A stretch of DNA of 63,834 nt, counting the filler, from Octopus bimaculoides (Eukaryota): NCBI RefSeq assembly GCF_001194135.2. It is 7 parts of 6 records of this genome, joined end to end, with 100 filler letters (N's around TTAATTAATTAA, not from the genome) between each part and the next. Parts side by side here need not be neighbours in the genome. Positions count along the whole stretch, not along the records: positions 61,983 to 63,834 come from NC_068985.1; 6 more parts are not named here. One strand, written 5' to 3'. The notes under the pieces were generated by a model. It was not told where the DNA came from and searched no databases. It saw nothing but the letters and a program-made list of their open reading frames with translations. Position 1 is the first letter of the stretch. Every line of letters begins with the position of its first letter. Shown piece by piece: positions 63,541-63,834 of the stretch. The position numbers were made by a program, and so were the translations under genes.

Positions 63541-63834
63541 CACACACAGCGTTTGTGTGTGCGTACGAGTGTATGTCAGTGTGGGCCTGTATTTTGTGCA
63601 TGTCATTCTGTTTGTGTTTGTGTGCACGCGTGTAAAATGCTTGGAAACTTAGCTTCCACTCCATTCCTACTCTGCACAGTTTCGACAACTTGAAATAAAT
63701 AATTGAACTTTCCTAAACGTGAAGTACCTTTTTGTTTTGTTTCCTAATTCTCTACCGCAGCCACGCACACAAACACAAACATACACATATACATATCCCA
63801 TGTACGTGTGTGGGGTGTGTGTTTATATATATAT

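Noticed and set aside
1-63834. Most ORFs in the supplied track (poly-HT, CV, YI, X-rich)
   Set aside because: They are translations of dinucleotide/tetranucleotide repeats, N-gaps or SINEs.
1-63834. CRISPR-like repeat-spacer arrays, rRNA or intact tRNA genes
   Set aside because: None seen. Periodic sequences lack unique spacers, and tRNA-like heads belong to SINEs or are degenerate.

Overview
AT-rich eukaryotic (animal) genomic DNA from a gapped draft assembly, with 18 N-gaps totalling about 4.6 kb. The SINE families and extreme microsatellite density point to an octopus (coleoid cephalopod); this is inferred, not searched. No protein-coding gene, rRNA, intact tRNA or CRISPR array can be called confidently. 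Nearly all ORFs in the supplied track are artefacts of microsatellites, N-runs or SINEs. The window is a patchwork of: (i) three tRNA-derived SINE families (here A, B, C) and an RTE-like tailed family (D); (ii) decayed Tc1/mariner, hAT (BED finger), Penelope-like (GIY-YIG), RLE-type LINE and CCCH-ORF1 LINE remnants; (iii) MITEs and foldbacks, including a long-TIR element with an 8-bp TSD nested in a mariner-type MITE. Best leads: a nearly complete type I hammerhead ribozyme fold at 61725-61779; a head-to-head pair of truncated minimal hammerheads at 1182-1350, in a window that also holds Penelope-like endonuclease remnants; a SINE-derived candidate promoter with a first exon at about 7200-7340; and GGGTC-ended long-TIR elements carrying TTAGGG-like tracts. 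A few isolated candidate exons are listed at low confidence.
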